A DNA stretch of 64,000 bases from a virus (taxonomy: Duplodnaviria; Caudoviricetes): IMG/VR virus record IMGVR_UViG_3300035505_000328, positions 34,775 through 98,774 of that record, one strand, 5' to 3'. A program made the position numbers and the translations under genes. The notes under the pieces were generated by a model. The model worked only from the letters and a program-made list of their open reading frames with translations. It had not been told where the DNA came from and did not search any database. Each line of letters begins with the position of its first letter. Position 1 is the stretch's first letter. Shown one piece after another: positions 9,206 to 19,694 of this stretch.

Positions 9206-10066
9206 TTACAGTAAATCAGAAGCTCCTGCTGAATAAGCATGTGTATCAGAATACAGATTAGGTGTACCAGTATTAGCATCATCTGCTGATTTATTGATAT
9301 CCTTCATGTAGTATTCTTGAGTACCAACACCCTCAATATTACTTGGGTCAAAGTCATTAAGCTCGGAGATACCGTATACCTTATTCTTAAGAATTTCATA
9401 AGCATAAGCATCAACGTTTGCTCCCATGTGGAACACTCCCTTAAATGACTGGTCATAATCAGTATTACTATGGTCTCCTGCAGAGAATGAGAACTGAGAT
9501 AACTGAATCTTAGTCGGGAATACTGCAGTATAATAACATGCAAACTCGATATTTGTCATGTCAACGTTATCAGCATCAGGACGAGTTGTAATGTAACAAA
9601 TCTCACCTGTATGGTTCTTAGCAGAATAAGCAATTCCTGCTCTCTTAGCATAAGTAGCAATACCAGTTTCAGGGTCACGAATACCTGAAATCCAATACTG
9701 ATAAGCATTTCTGATTGGAGAACCAGAGAACTCTCTATGCTTGATAGAGAAATCTGTATTATTCTTCTTAATGGTTGTTGCGAAATTGTAATCATTACCT
9801 GCAAAACCAGATGTAATAGAACCAGTCTCCAAATCAATATCTGAAATAGAAAATCCTTCAACGAAGTTCTTCTCAGTCATATCCCTAAAACCAGGAAATA
9901 CATCAGTCAGCCATTGAGGGAGAACAGTCCACTTGAAGAATGAGTAACCATTAATCAATGGGTCAAAGTCTAACTTCATAGTATTGTATTCACCAGTGAA
10001 GAAATTACCTTGCTTGGCAATGCTATCATCGAATACAATAACTTTACTCGCATCATGTTTTAACAT
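9206..10066 (-). CDS. Tail tube protein
   Basis: 286 aa, directly downstream of the sheath gene. It has tube-like motifs (EFSGSPI..AYQYW...IRDPETG; YTAVFPTKI). Confidence 0.75.
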   Translation of the reverse strand: MLKHDASKVIVFDDSIAKQGNFFTGEYNTMKLDFDPLINGYSFFKWTVLPQWLTDVFPGFRDMTEKNFVEGFSISDIDLETGSITSGFAGNDYNFATTIKKNNTDFSIKHREFSGSPIRNAYQYWISGIRDPETGIATYAKRAGIAYSAKNHTGEICYITTRPDADNVDMTNIEFACYYTAVFPTKIQLSQFSFSAGDHSNTDYDQSFKGVFHMGANVDAYAYEILKNKVYGISELNDFDPSNIEGVGTQEYYMKDINKSADDANTGTPNLYSDTHAYSAGASDLL

Positions 10067-10140
10067 GGTTAAGTCTCCTTTCTTAAATTATAAAGGGAGA
10101 CCTCAAATCTCCCTTTATAATTAGTTTAATCTCTATAAAA

Positions 10141-13119
10141 TTAGCTATTTACAATCAAGTCAATAGCGATACGTTCAATGATTGAGTTGAACACAAGTTC
10201 AATCTTAACACGAAGAATCTTCTGTGTTCTATCGTAATCAGAAGCATATACAAGACCAGTGATAGAATCACAACATCTATTAGCAGTCCACTGTAACAGA
10301 TAAGCGTTCAATGCAATCTGAGCTTCAGCTCTAGTTGTGCTATCATTGTATTCAAATTGATAGTCAGCCATCAATTCTTCAACTTCTCTCTGGATTCTAA
10401 GCAATGCACGAACATTGTTCAAATTAGAAAGAGCTGATACGATAGACTGAGAAGTCAACTGAGAATTGAATCTCGTAGACTTACTATCTTGAATAATGTA
10501 GTTAACTCTAGCTTTGTACATAAGTTCTTGCCACTCTGGATTAGGAAGGTATGAAATACTTTCAAAACCAGAAATTGTACCACGACGAGGTCCAACAAAG
10601 TTCCAATGAATACCATAGTTAGCATCATTTGAAGGAATCTTAGAAGACAAGAAATATGTAGAAGTAACCTGCATATTCTGACTTGTATAAGTAGCATCAT
10701 TCACAACAAAGTCTTGTGCAAAGATAGCTACACGGAAATTGTTAACACTCAGCTTACCATTTCTGAAAGCAATAGCTTGTTCTGGTGTTGCCTGACACTT
10801 AGTATCAAGAATAGCCACAAAGTCATTACGGATTTCAGTAGTAAGTGTAACAAGTGCATTTTTAATGGAAGTACTATAATTAGCATCCATAACCATATCG
10901 ATAGGATACATTTCTTTATTAGTAACACCATCATCAATATTACCAAGATAACCCTTGATAATTAGCTTCTCTACTTCTGAAGAACTTGGAATCAGGTCTT
11001 CAATAGTACCATCAGAACCATAAAGTAATCTTACATTACTGTCATAATTCTGAATCTGAGACTTATAGCAAGTCTGAAGCTGAGAAGAAAGTGTACTATC
11101 AAATAGCATGATAGATGATTCAATCTCATCTAAGTCAAACTCATAATCTTCAGCACAGAGAACTGTAGCCAAATCAAGAATCTGTGTCTTACATGTTGAG
11201 ATGTCATCTCTGATTGAATAGAGCTTACTATAATTAAACTCTAACAGAGTTAAGTTAATAGCAAACTTAGTAGCTTCAAGAATACTCTTAAGACAACCAT
11301 CAGTAGATTTAGTAAGACCACTCTCACCATCATCAATCGTACCATTTCCATTCAAATCAATACTCTGGTTTGTAAGTACACCACCAAATACATTACTCAT
11401 AGCATTGTTAAAGTCTTCTTCAACAGTTAAACTAGAAGTAAGTTCATTATAGTAGCTTTCAAGAGTAACAATATCTTTAGCAATTTCTTCAAGCTTGCCA
11501 TCTGCAAATGTTAAAGAAACACCATCTGCAATAGGGTCTGCAACTTCATCAATCTGAAGATAGCTTAAAATGTCACTAATAGAACTAATTGTATTAGCAA
11601 TAAATACAATCTTTTCATTATTAGTTCCTTCAATAACTTCTTCAAATTCAGTCATAATCTCACTTAAATCCTGAACATAGTTAGCATACTTAGTAGACTT
11701 GTTATTTACTACATATACTGCACTTTCAATAGATTCCAGTAAAGATTGTGCTGTAATAGATTCTGATGTAGTTCCCATAATACGCTCATAATCAAATACA
11801 GTATACAGATAATCAATGATTTTCTTAACAACTGCTTTGATATTATTCGTCTTAGAAAGAGCTGTATTAAAAGTATCATTTACAACATTAGCATTTAAAT
11901 CAGCAATAGCTGAAGCTGCTTGGTTGTAAGCATCTTCTATCATAATAGCATATTCACCAGAACCATCCTGAAGCTTAGAAATTGTCGGATGAAGAATAGT
12001 ATTAATAGGATTGAAACCTTTAACTTTCTTAAGCTTACTATAAGCATTTTTCATAATACTCATAGCTGTTTCATATCTCTTGTAAATTGCAGTACGATAA
12101 GTATTATCAGAGAGTACAATAGAACCTTCAATAGAATCTGTTGGGTCAATGATATTACGTTCACCAGTAGCATCACCATTGATGTCGTACTTAATCATAG
12201 ACATATGAATATCTTCTTCTTTACCTGTGATTTCATCAAGATAAGTTTCGTACTCACCATCAATCTTCTTAGAGATTCCGTTGAAGAAATCAATTCTGTT
12301 CGGATGAACATTAGGATTGATAATGTTTGCAAGATACTCATAATTGTCATCATTGAAGATGATATCAAAGTACTCTGAATACTTAGAAACAACGTCCTGA
12401 ATGAACATTGATTCACCGCTTACTGAAAGAGCATCTGGGTCTAAAGCAACTTGGAAAGGTCCTTCAATAGTAGATGTAGAACCAGAATCACTTACTTTAG
12501 TAACCTCAAAGTTATAAATACGGAAATCATATGTAGAATCATAAGTATCCGTAGATGTAATTCTAAATCCTAAATCGTTATAACCCTGTCCACGTCCTTT
12601 AGGAATAACAGCAAGAATCATATTGTTATTGTAACCATCAACAGTCTTAGGATTAACACCTAAATCCTGTGAATTTCTAAGAGCATCAATTTCAATAGCA
12701 GACTTAGTATTATTACAATACTGTGTATACGTAACTACTGGACGAACTGTTACATTGTCAACAGTTACTAAGTTACCATCAACGTCTTTAACTTGCTTAT
12801 TATTAACCTTAGTCTGAATGTTGATTATTGCATTAGCATAACCAGCATCATCAGGAAGTACTCTCAAACAGTAAACAACACCACCAGACTGCAGCCAGTT
12901 GATAATATTGTAAGTAATCTGTCCATAGAGCTTAATATTAGGCTCACCATAATGGAAGATAAACTCGGATACTGAAGTAATCATCTTAATCTGATTATCT
13001 TCACCCTTTTCGGCAGTAAAAGCTGCAAAAAGCTTTGTAGTACCAGAAGCAGTAACATAAGTTGTGGAGTTATCTGTAATGGTACTGCTAATCGAAGGAT
13101 GTATATATTCAATAGCCAT
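10141..13119 (-). CDS. Contractile tail sheath protein (992 aa)
   Basis: N-terminal YIHP...AEKG...EFIFHYGEP and YCLRV motifs; C-terminal FVGPRRG, LSNLNNVRALLRI, YQFEYND and IIERIAIDLIV are typical of the sheath fold. Confidence 0.9.
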   Translation of the reverse strand: MAIEYIHPSISSTITDNSTTYVTASGTTKLFAAFTAEKGEDNQIKMITSVSEFIFHYGEPNIKLYGQITYNIINWLQSGGVVYCLRVLPDDAGYANAIINIQTKVNNKQVKDVDGNLVTVDNVTVRPVVTYTQYCNNTKSAIEIDALRNSQDLGVNPKTVDGYNNNMILAVIPKGRGQGYNDLGFRITSTDTYDSTYDFRIYNFEVTKVSDSGSTSTIEGPFQVALDPDALSVSGESMFIQDVVSKYSEYFDIIFNDDNYEYLANIINPNVHPNRIDFFNGISKKIDGEYETYLDEITGKEEDIHMSMIKYDINGDATGERNIIDPTDSIEGSIVLSDNTYRTAIYKRYETAMSIMKNAYSKLKKVKGFNPINTILHPTISKLQDGSGEYAIMIEDAYNQAASAIADLNANVVNDTFNTALSKTNNIKAVVKKIIDYLYTVFDYERIMGTTSESITAQSLLESIESAVYVVNNKSTKYANYVQDLSEIMTEFEEVIEGTNNEKIVFIANTISSISDILSYLQIDEVADPIADGVSLTFADGKLEEIAKDIVTLESYYNELTSSLTVEEDFNNAMSNVFGGVLTNQSIDLNGNGTIDDGESGLTKSTDGCLKSILEATKFAINLTLLEFNYSKLYSIRDDISTCKTQILDLATVLCAEDYEFDLDEIESSIMLFDSTLSSQLQTCYKSQIQNYDSNVRLLYGSDGTIEDLIPSSSEVEKLIIKGYLGNIDDGVTNKEMYPIDMVMDANYSTSIKNALVTLTTEIRNDFVAILDTKCQATPEQAIAFRNGKLSVNNFRVAIFAQDFVVNDATYTSQNMQVTSTYFLSSKIPSNDANYGIHWNFVGPRRGTISGFESISYLPNPEWQELMYKARVNYIIQDSKSTRFNSQLTSQSIVSALSNLNNVRALLRIQREVEELMADYQFEYNDSTTRAEAQIALNAYLLQWTANRCCDSITGLVYASDYDRTQKILRVKIELVFNSIIERIAIDLIVNS

Positions 13120-13185
13120 AATCCTTTCATCTGTTATACGTTATATAATATGATATTAATATAATATAACAGATTCCTCCTTTCT
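13120..13185 (-). promoter_or_regulatory. Hairpin-bridged ribosome-binding site of the sheath gene
   Basis: AGAAAGGAGGA, then a 46-nt hairpin (ATCTGTTATA/TATAACAGAT), then 9 nt, then ATG. Confidence 0.65.
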
Positions 13186-13246
13186 TATTTTTCATTGAAA
13201 TATGATTAAATACATAAATTTCTATATCAGAAATTTAGGCATTTTA

Positions 13247-13325
13247 TATTAAATTGTTGTGCTAAACAACAATGTCTTCCTATAATTTCTAATAAGATTA
13301 ATATGTCTGTATCTAATATTATGTT
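13247..13325 (-). promoter_or_regulatory. Tandem late promoters (AACA-N6-TA) of the sheath-tube operon
   Basis: AACA-atttaa-TA at 13258-13247 and AACA-taatat-TA at 13325-13314. Confidence 0.7.
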
Positions 13326-13377
13326 TGAGGGAAAAGTCAGATAACCATATAAAACTGGTTATCTGACATATTTTCGA

Positions 13378-14121
13378 TTAATATTTAATTACTGGTTCAA
13401 TAGGAGTTTCTCTCTCAACACCATCAGTTCTTGACTTTGCAACAGCAGACGTAATTGCTTTGTCCATATACTCTGATGTTATACCAGTAAACGTACTATT
13501 GATATAAGCTAAATCCTTAATAGATACAGGAACATAATCCAATTCACCTACTTTGGAATGATTAATAGCTCTTCTAAATGGAACATTTATGTTTCCTTTA
13601 TATCTAGCTAGTTCACCAATTTGTAATTCCAATACTGTTGAAGGAACTAACAAGTTTGAATCATTAGAGAACATATTCTCTATGTATAATCCTAATAATT
13701 CGCTATACTTAACATCATTAGGAATTCTAGCTGTATGGTGCATTTTAACAAATGCTTCTGTATTCTTAGGCAACATTACCATTGCAGTATTCTCAATGAA
13801 GATATCATTAGCATATAACACATAAACTTTATATGAATCTTCTTCAGTGTTAACACCTTTTATTTTAAGCTTTTCTTTAGTTTCGAATTTATCTGTATAT
13901 GAAAAAGTTATATTTTCAGGTAAGTTCATCTGATAGGTTTTATGAGAAGCAGAATCTACACTTTTATAGTACTTGAAATAAAAGATTGCCATAGTACTAA
14001 CCTTCATACCAAGTTCTTCTGTTATCTCATCTTCGAAATAAATCTTAGGAATGTAAATCTCTAGCTTATCACCTTTGAAATACACTGTATTTTCTTTCTT
14101 TTCTAAAAATGGAAACGACAT
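13378..14121 (-). CDS. Probable RNA polymerase beta-prime C-terminal fragment (virion RNAP)
   Basis: VLELQIGELAR and SIKDLAYINSTFTGITSEYMDKAITSAV resemble beta-prime HIEVIVRQM and GITKASL..SFISAASFQETTRVLTEAA. Late promoter at 14161-14150. Confidence 0.5.
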   Translation of the reverse strand: MSFPFLEKKENTVYFKGDKLEIYIPKIYFEDEITEELGMKVSTMAIFYFKYYKSVDSASHKTYQMNLPENITFSYTDKFETKEKLKIKGVNTEEDSYKVYVLYANDIFIENTAMVMLPKNTEAFVKMHHTARIPNDVKYSELLGLYIENMFSNDSNLLVPSTVLELQIGELARYKGNINVPFRRAINHSKVGELDYVPVSIKDLAYINSTFTGITSEYMDKAITSAVAKSRTDGVERETPIEPVIKY

Positions 14122-14233
14122 TTTTGTATGCTCCTTTCTATGAATTTATTATGGATTTGTTAAACATATATTATTTATTGGACTAAAGTTCATGTCAACT
14201 TTTTATTATTAATCAAAAAGGAGGAATTTCATT

Positions 14234-14416
14234 ATGACAGGAAAAGAAATGATTGATAAGATTCAATCAGAGCACTTGGAAGATGCAACACTCAAAGTGT
14301 TTGCAACAGAACGTAACCGATGGATTGATATTACTGAAATTTTTCATTATGGTAATACCAAAGCTGGACAACATCCAGATGTAGCTTTCATTGATGCCGA
14401 TTACAGAACTAAATAG
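14234..14416 (+). CDS. Small hypothetical early protein
   Basis: 60 aa, SD AAGGAGG, ATATATTAT at 14166-14174. Confidence 0.7.
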   Translation: MTGKEMIDKIQSEHLEDATLKVFATERNRWIDITEIFHYGNTKAGQHPDVAFIDADYRTK

Positions 14417-14437
14417 TGTAGGAAGGAGATAAGCATT

Positions 14438-15559
14438 ATGAACATGAAACAAGTAGACGAATCAGGTAAACCATTTGAGGAAACTCATAAGTTTTGTACT
14501 GAGGAGTTGTTAGTTCCCAACCTTAACAAATGTGATATGGTTAGAATTAATATGTGGGATAACCACTTACCACAAGCTCTGGTACTTAATCATGGAGAAT
14601 TTCCAAATGTGTTTACAAACTTCGAAAATCAGGTTGGGGAGTATTCAACAGCATACTCTCGTTCAGATAGAGACTGGACAATCGTAGCTAAGTTAAGGAA
14701 AAACAAAATGGTTGTAACTTACGTATTGGTGGATGAAGATAATAATGTATCTATCAAAGATGAGTTTCCTGCAGAAAGAATTACAGAGCGTTATGGATAC
14801 AGACGTAAGAGACCAATCAACAAGAAGAAGAAAGATGAAGTTATTAAGAAGCATGAGTTAATGGATTACTCAACTACTTATGACAGACAACTTAACTTCT
14901 GTTATGGAGTAAACTTAAATGCAGTGTATTTGAGTTATGATAACTTGACGTATGAAGATGGTATTGTAATCTCAAAATCAGCTGCTAAGAAAATGAGTTC
15001 AACAAGTGTAGATGAAGTTGTTATTACATTAAATACAAACGACTTACTATTGAATTTATATGGAAACAATAAGTATTACAAATGTCTTCCAGATATAGGA
15101 GAAGAATTAGAAAGTCCTATCTTAGCTGCAAGAAGACGAATTAATTATGAATCAATCTTGTATGACTTGTCTACCAAGAATATCAGTACTTTGAACTATG
15201 ATACTGATGTGGCATTTATTATAGGTAAACATAGTGTTATCTATGATGTTGAGGTATTCTGTAATGGTGATGTAGAGACCTTGAAAGGTTATACTTACTA
15301 TAAGCAGATTCTTGATATAATGGACAATAACTACAAGTATTACAACAAGTTGTTCAAGATTTTAGATAAATATATGGATGACCCAGATTACAACTGTGAT
15401 GATGAGGTTAAATCACGTTGGAACACTTTACATCAACTGCTTTATCCAAATAAAACTTTTAGATATGATGGAAACACATTTGATAACCTTGTAATTAAGG
15501 TGAAGACATACAATGAGAATCCATTAGTAGTTGGTAGTAAAATCACAGGTCGTTATGGT
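14438..15559 (+). CDS. Non-virion RNA polymerase beta C-terminal subunit, exon 1
   Basis: RINMWDNHLPQA, YGVNLNAVY..YDNLTYEDGIVISKS (beta GxNxxVA...yNfEDs) and LVVGSKITGRYG. It lies in an early-promoter unit. Confidence 0.9.
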
Positions 15560-16639
15560 ATAAAGTAATTACCTCAACTTATTTCTCAATTAGGTAAGAA
15601 TATGGATAAAAGAAGAAAATATAAATATGATGAAAATTATTTTGCAGAAATTAATAGTAAAGAGAAAGCTTATTGGCTTGGATTTATAATGGCTGATGGA
15701 TATCTCTATGATAATACTAAAAGACAAAATAAATCTTCAGCAGTTGGAATGAGAATCAGATTATCTGTAAAAGATTCTGAATTATTAGAAAAACTTAATA
15801 AAGACATGAAATGTGATAAACCAATAAAAACAGTTAAAAATTATGGTAAATATGGAGGAGATTTAGCTGAGTTTCAATTAAATTCAAGACATATACTTGA
15901 TGACTTAAGAAAGATTGGTTACACATGTGGTAATAAAAGTGGAAATGAATTTCTAATTAAATTTAATAATTCAGTATTAACTAAGAATTTTATTCTTGGT
16001 ATATTTGATGGAGATGGTTCAGTTTCAATTAATAATGGAGGAAGAACTGCTGAATGGCAAATAGTTTCGTCACTGAAATTATGTGAAGAAGTACAAGATT
16101 TCCTTCTTCAAGAATTGCCTGAAATTAAGAAATTTCAAGCTATACACAAAAATAACAGAAATAAAGATAATGAGCTATACAGACTTAGAACAGGAAGTAA
16201 ACAGTATATAAGAATATTGTATGATTATTTCTATAATAGTGATTGTAGTAGCTCATTCTTAGAACGTAAACGAAGCATTATGAAAGATGTATGAGAAATA
16301 GGTTGTATTTAACTTAATAAGTAATTATTTGCCGTCTTAGATGAACCCACTAAGTAAATCTAAGACTATCAATGCAGAATTAAGCTGGAAGGGTTTAGTT
16401 ATCCTAATCAGAACCGAAGGCTAGATTTAACAGTCTGGTCAGGGGCAACGCATAGAGATTGAAACTTAAATGCGAATTTAAGAATATAATATCTCCACGA
16501 GGCTGCATTAGTGAGTGGGTCTTACACAGAGTTGTAAGAATTAAAAAGGTATGCTAGGCTGGATTGGAATTGACCAATCAATGAAAATGAGGGAAACCTC
16601 CAGAAGTATAGATAAAAAACTATACGTTAATAATATCCG
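15560..16639 (+). mobile_element. Group I intron in RNAP beta (1080 nt) with a LAGLIDADG gene in the P1 loop
   Basis: Splicing restores KITGRYG|NKGVIS. Exon AUGGU pairs with GCCGU (~16331) with a U.G pair. Core elements GCAACGCAUAG and AAAGGUAUGC are present, and the terminal G is at 16639. Confidence 0.92.
15602..16294 (+). CDS. Intron-encoded LAGLIDADG homing endonuclease
   Basis: Two motifs: AYWLGFIMADG and FILGIFDGDGS. Confidence 0.9.
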   Translation: MDKRRKYKYDENYFAEINSKEKAYWLGFIMADGYLYDNTKRQNKSSAVGMRIRLSVKDSELLEKLNKDMKCDKPIKTVKNYGKYGGDLAEFQLNSRHILDDLRKIGYTCGNKSGNEFLIKFNNSVLTKNFILGIFDGDGSVSINNGGRTAEWQIVSSLKLCEEVQDFLLQELPEIKKFQAIHKNNRNKDNELYRLRTGSKQYIRILYDYFYNSDCSSSFLERKRSIMKDV

Positions 16640-17593
16640 AACAAAGGGGTAATCTCTTCTATCGAAGAAGATGAGAACATGCCAACAAATGAGTATGGTG
16701 TTCATGCAGATGTATGTCTTAATCCCACTGGTGTTGTCGGACGTGAGAACATTGCACAGCTCTATGAGCAGGAATTAAACTTTATTGGTGATTGTGTGTT
16801 AAGACAAGCTGAAGATATTGAGGACATCGATGAACAGTTTGAATACATTCTTCCATTCTTTAAGATACTGGAAACTAAGTTCAATACACAGTATAAGTTC
16901 TATAAAAAAGAATGGAAACATGCAGACATCAATAGAAAAGAAAGAAGAATAAGAGAGTGGTATCAGTATGGACTATTTATTCATCAGCCACCATTCTTCG
17001 GTAATGTAACACCAGATATGATGAATGAGTTGTATGACCATTATGGTTTCGAACCTTATACAATGAGTTATATGGGTCAGGAGATTGAAACACCCATGAT
17101 TATGGGTAAGCTGTTCTTTATCAGATTAAAGCATGACCCTAAGTCTAAGACATCAATCAGAAGTTCAGGTGATGTAACCATTAACAATGTACCAGCTAAG
17201 AATAACAACTTTAAACATCATACAGCGTTGTTCTCACGTACACCAGTAAGAGTAGGTGAAATGGAGTTCACATCATTATTGACAACGAATAACATTGAAC
17301 CTGTAATGAGATATTTGTCTCAGAACTCAAGTAATCCTGAAGAACGTAAGAACATGATAAATCAGATTATCACAGCAAAAGACCCATTCAATATTGAGAA
17401 GATTGAACCGTTGAATAAATCTCAGTCAATAACTTCACAGATTGTTAAGACTGAGTTAGCAGCCATCTCATTAGAGAATGTACAGAGTAAAGAAGATTGC
17501 AATGACACATTTATGTCAAGTGATGATTTGATGGAAGCAGAAGAAATATTTGAATCTCTTGGTTGTAATGACGAAGATGAAGAAAATGATTAA
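16640..17593 (+). CDS. Non-virion RNA polymerase beta C-terminal subunit, exon 2 (spliced ~691 aa)
   Basis: NKGVIS, DVCLNPTGVVGRENIAQLYE, GKLFFIRLKH and RVGEME. Confidence 0.9.
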   Translation, partial: NKGVISSIEEDENMPTNEYGVHADVCLNPTGVVGRENIAQLYEQELNFIGDCVLRQAEDIEDIDEQFEYILPFFKILETKFNTQYKFYKKEWKHADINRKERRIREWYQYGLFIHQPPFFGNVTPDMMNELYDHYGFEPYTMSYMGQEIETPMIMGKLFFIRLKHDPKSKTSIRSSGDVTINNVPAKNNNFKHHTALFSRTPVRVGEMEFTSLLTTNNIEPVMRYLSQNSSNPEERKNMINQIITAKDPFNIEKIEPLNKSQSITSQIVKTELAAISLENVQSKEDCNDTFMSSDDLMEAEEIFESLGCNDEDEEND

Positions 17594-17654
17594 TATATTG
17601 AGTGGTAGGATACTAAGTTATCCTACCACTTGTTTTTAATGGAGGTATAACGAA

Positions 17655-19685
17655 ATGGATGTTAATAAAGAGAAAATGATAAGAGACTTGAAAAAGACAT
17701 TAGATAAGGCTTCTGATGCTTATTATAATTCAGGTGAATTGGTAATGACAGATGATGAATTTGACAGAGCTTGTATTACCTATAAGAAGTTGTCAGGTAA
17801 GACTTATGAAACAGCTACTAAACCTAGAAAGGGAAAGAAAGGTCAGAAGAATGTAAATGCTAAACATAAGTTTGAGAACTTAACAGGTACTATTGACTAT
17901 AAGTTCCCTAATATGGATGATGTTACTGATTGGTTGGAGAATTGCCTTAATGAATTAGGTATTAGTAAAAAGGAAGATATTCAAATACTAGTATCTAAGA
18001 AATATGATGGTAACTCTGCTGAAGGAGAGTTTGAGGAGAAGAAAGCAAAAAGATTCTTATCTAGAGGAGATAATGATTTAGGTAAGGATTTAACTGATAT
18101 CTTTTCTAAAGAAACTATTCCATTTAAGGATGACATGGGTGTAAGATACGAGGTTATGATGACTTATGAGAACTATTATAAGTTAGTAGCTGAACAGGAA
18201 GCTAGAGGAGAAAAGCCTTATGTAAATCCTCGTTCTTCAGTAGCAGGAATTTTAGCAATGGGCGATGGAGAAGGAGCTAAGTATAGGAAGTATCTTACAT
18301 TAGTTCCTTTAGCAGTACAGATTTCAAATAAGAAGCTTAATCGTTTAGATGAGCTTGAAATGATGGATGAACTCTTTGCTAAAGAGATTGAATTTGATGG
18401 AGAACTCTATGAGGGTAACTTTAAAGAAATCTTAGGTAATATTCAGGATTTCTATGACAGAATGATTGACATGAGAAACCACAGTGAAGATGAATTAGGA
18501 TACATGATTGATGGTATTGTAATCGAATTTATTGATGACGATATCAAAGAGCAATTAGGAAGATTTGCTAATGGAAGTCCTAAGTGGAGCTGTGCATTGA
18601 AATTCCCTTACATGGAGAAAACATCTGTAGTTACAGGATTAGTATTTGAAGCTTCACCAAATGGCTCTGGTAAGGTTACTCCATCAGTTACCTATGAACC
18701 AGTATATTTCAATGGTGCAAAGCAGACTAAGACTTCAATCGCTAACTATAAGCGGTTTAAAGAGTTACAACCACTAGGTGTTGGTACTAAGATTATGGTT
18801 CAGTACAGAAATGAGGTATTATCTTATGTTGAGAAACTTAATGTACCTGAGAATGATGAAGTTGAACCAGTACCATTCATCAAGAAGTGTCCAGTATGCT
18901 TTGGTAAACTTAGAATTCATAAGAATGATAAGGGAGAAGAAACCTTTGTATATTGTGATAATGACGATTGCTTTATGAAGAAAATCGGTAAGGTAAATCG
19001 TTATACAACAACAGTAGGAATTAAAGGAATTGAGATTTCTACATTACAGAAATTATTCTCAGCAGGACTTATTGAAACGATTGATGATTTGTATAATCTG
19101 AAATATCGTGATGTCTCTCAAGTAGAAGGGTTAGGTGAAGGTTCTGCTATGAACATTATTGATGCAATTAAACAGTCAGTTCCTAATGATTATGATATCT
19201 TAGCTGGATTAGGTATTGAAAACTTAGGTAGAGATAAAGCTAAGATTATTCTGTCTGAATGTAGTTTGGATAGTCTTTGTGATAAGGACTTTGTTCAGTC
19301 AGATGAATTTAAGACAAGAATTAACAATTTGGATGGTATCGGTGGTATTATGACAAAGAGAGTTTCTGAAGGTTTACTTGAATATAATTCTGTACTGAAT
19401 GGTATACTTGCTCATGTTAAATTTAAGACAATCAAACGTGATAAAGTAGAGAATCAGTTAATCTTTGTTCATACTGGTGATACTAACAAGACCTACTTCA
19501 AAGATAGAACTGAGTTGAAAGAGTATATCGAGAGTAAAGGTCATAAGATGACTGGAAGTATCAGTGGAAAGACTAACTACTTAATTACTGAGAATCCTAA
19601 CTCTGGAACTGTTAAGAATAAACAAGCAAAAGAGAAAGGTGTTAAGATTATAACATGTGCAGAGCTGAAAGATTTACTTGGTTAA
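17655..19685 (+). CDS. ligA: NAD+-dependent DNA ligase
   Basis: AYY...MTDDEFD, KYDG, NPR..AG, IDGIV, ALKFP, a Cys4 zinc finger, HhH repeats and a C-terminal BRCT domain. Confidence 0.95.
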   Translation: MDVNKEKMIRDLKKTLDKASDAYYNSGELVMTDDEFDRACITYKKLSGKTYETATKPRKGKKGQKNVNAKHKFENLTGTIDYKFPNMDDVTDWLENCLNELGISKKEDIQILVSKKYDGNSAEGEFEEKKAKRFLSRGDNDLGKDLTDIFSKETIPFKDDMGVRYEVMMTYENYYKLVAEQEARGEKPYVNPRSSVAGILAMGDGEGAKYRKYLTLVPLAVQISNKKLNRLDELEMMDELFAKEIEFDGELYEGNFKEILGNIQDFYDRMIDMRNHSEDELGYMIDGIVIEFIDDDIKEQLGRFANGSPKWSCALKFPYMEKTSVVTGLVFEASPNGSGKVTPSVTYEPVYFNGAKQTKTSIANYKRFKELQPLGVGTKIMVQYRNEVLSYVEKLNVPENDEVEPVPFIKKCPVCFGKLRIHKNDKGEETFVYCDNDDCFMKKIGKVNRYTTTVGIKGIEISTLQKLFSAGLIETIDDLYNLKYRDVSQVEGLGEGSAMNIIDAIKQSVPNDYDILAGLGIENLGRDKAKIILSECSLDSLCDKDFVQSDEFKTRINNLDGIGGIMTKRVSEGLLEYNSVLNGILAHVKFKTIKRDKVENQLIFVHTGDTNKTYFKDRTELKEYIESKGHKMTGSISGKTNYLITENPNSGTVKNKQAKEKGVKIITCAELKDLLG

Positions 19686-19694
19686 CAACCTTAT

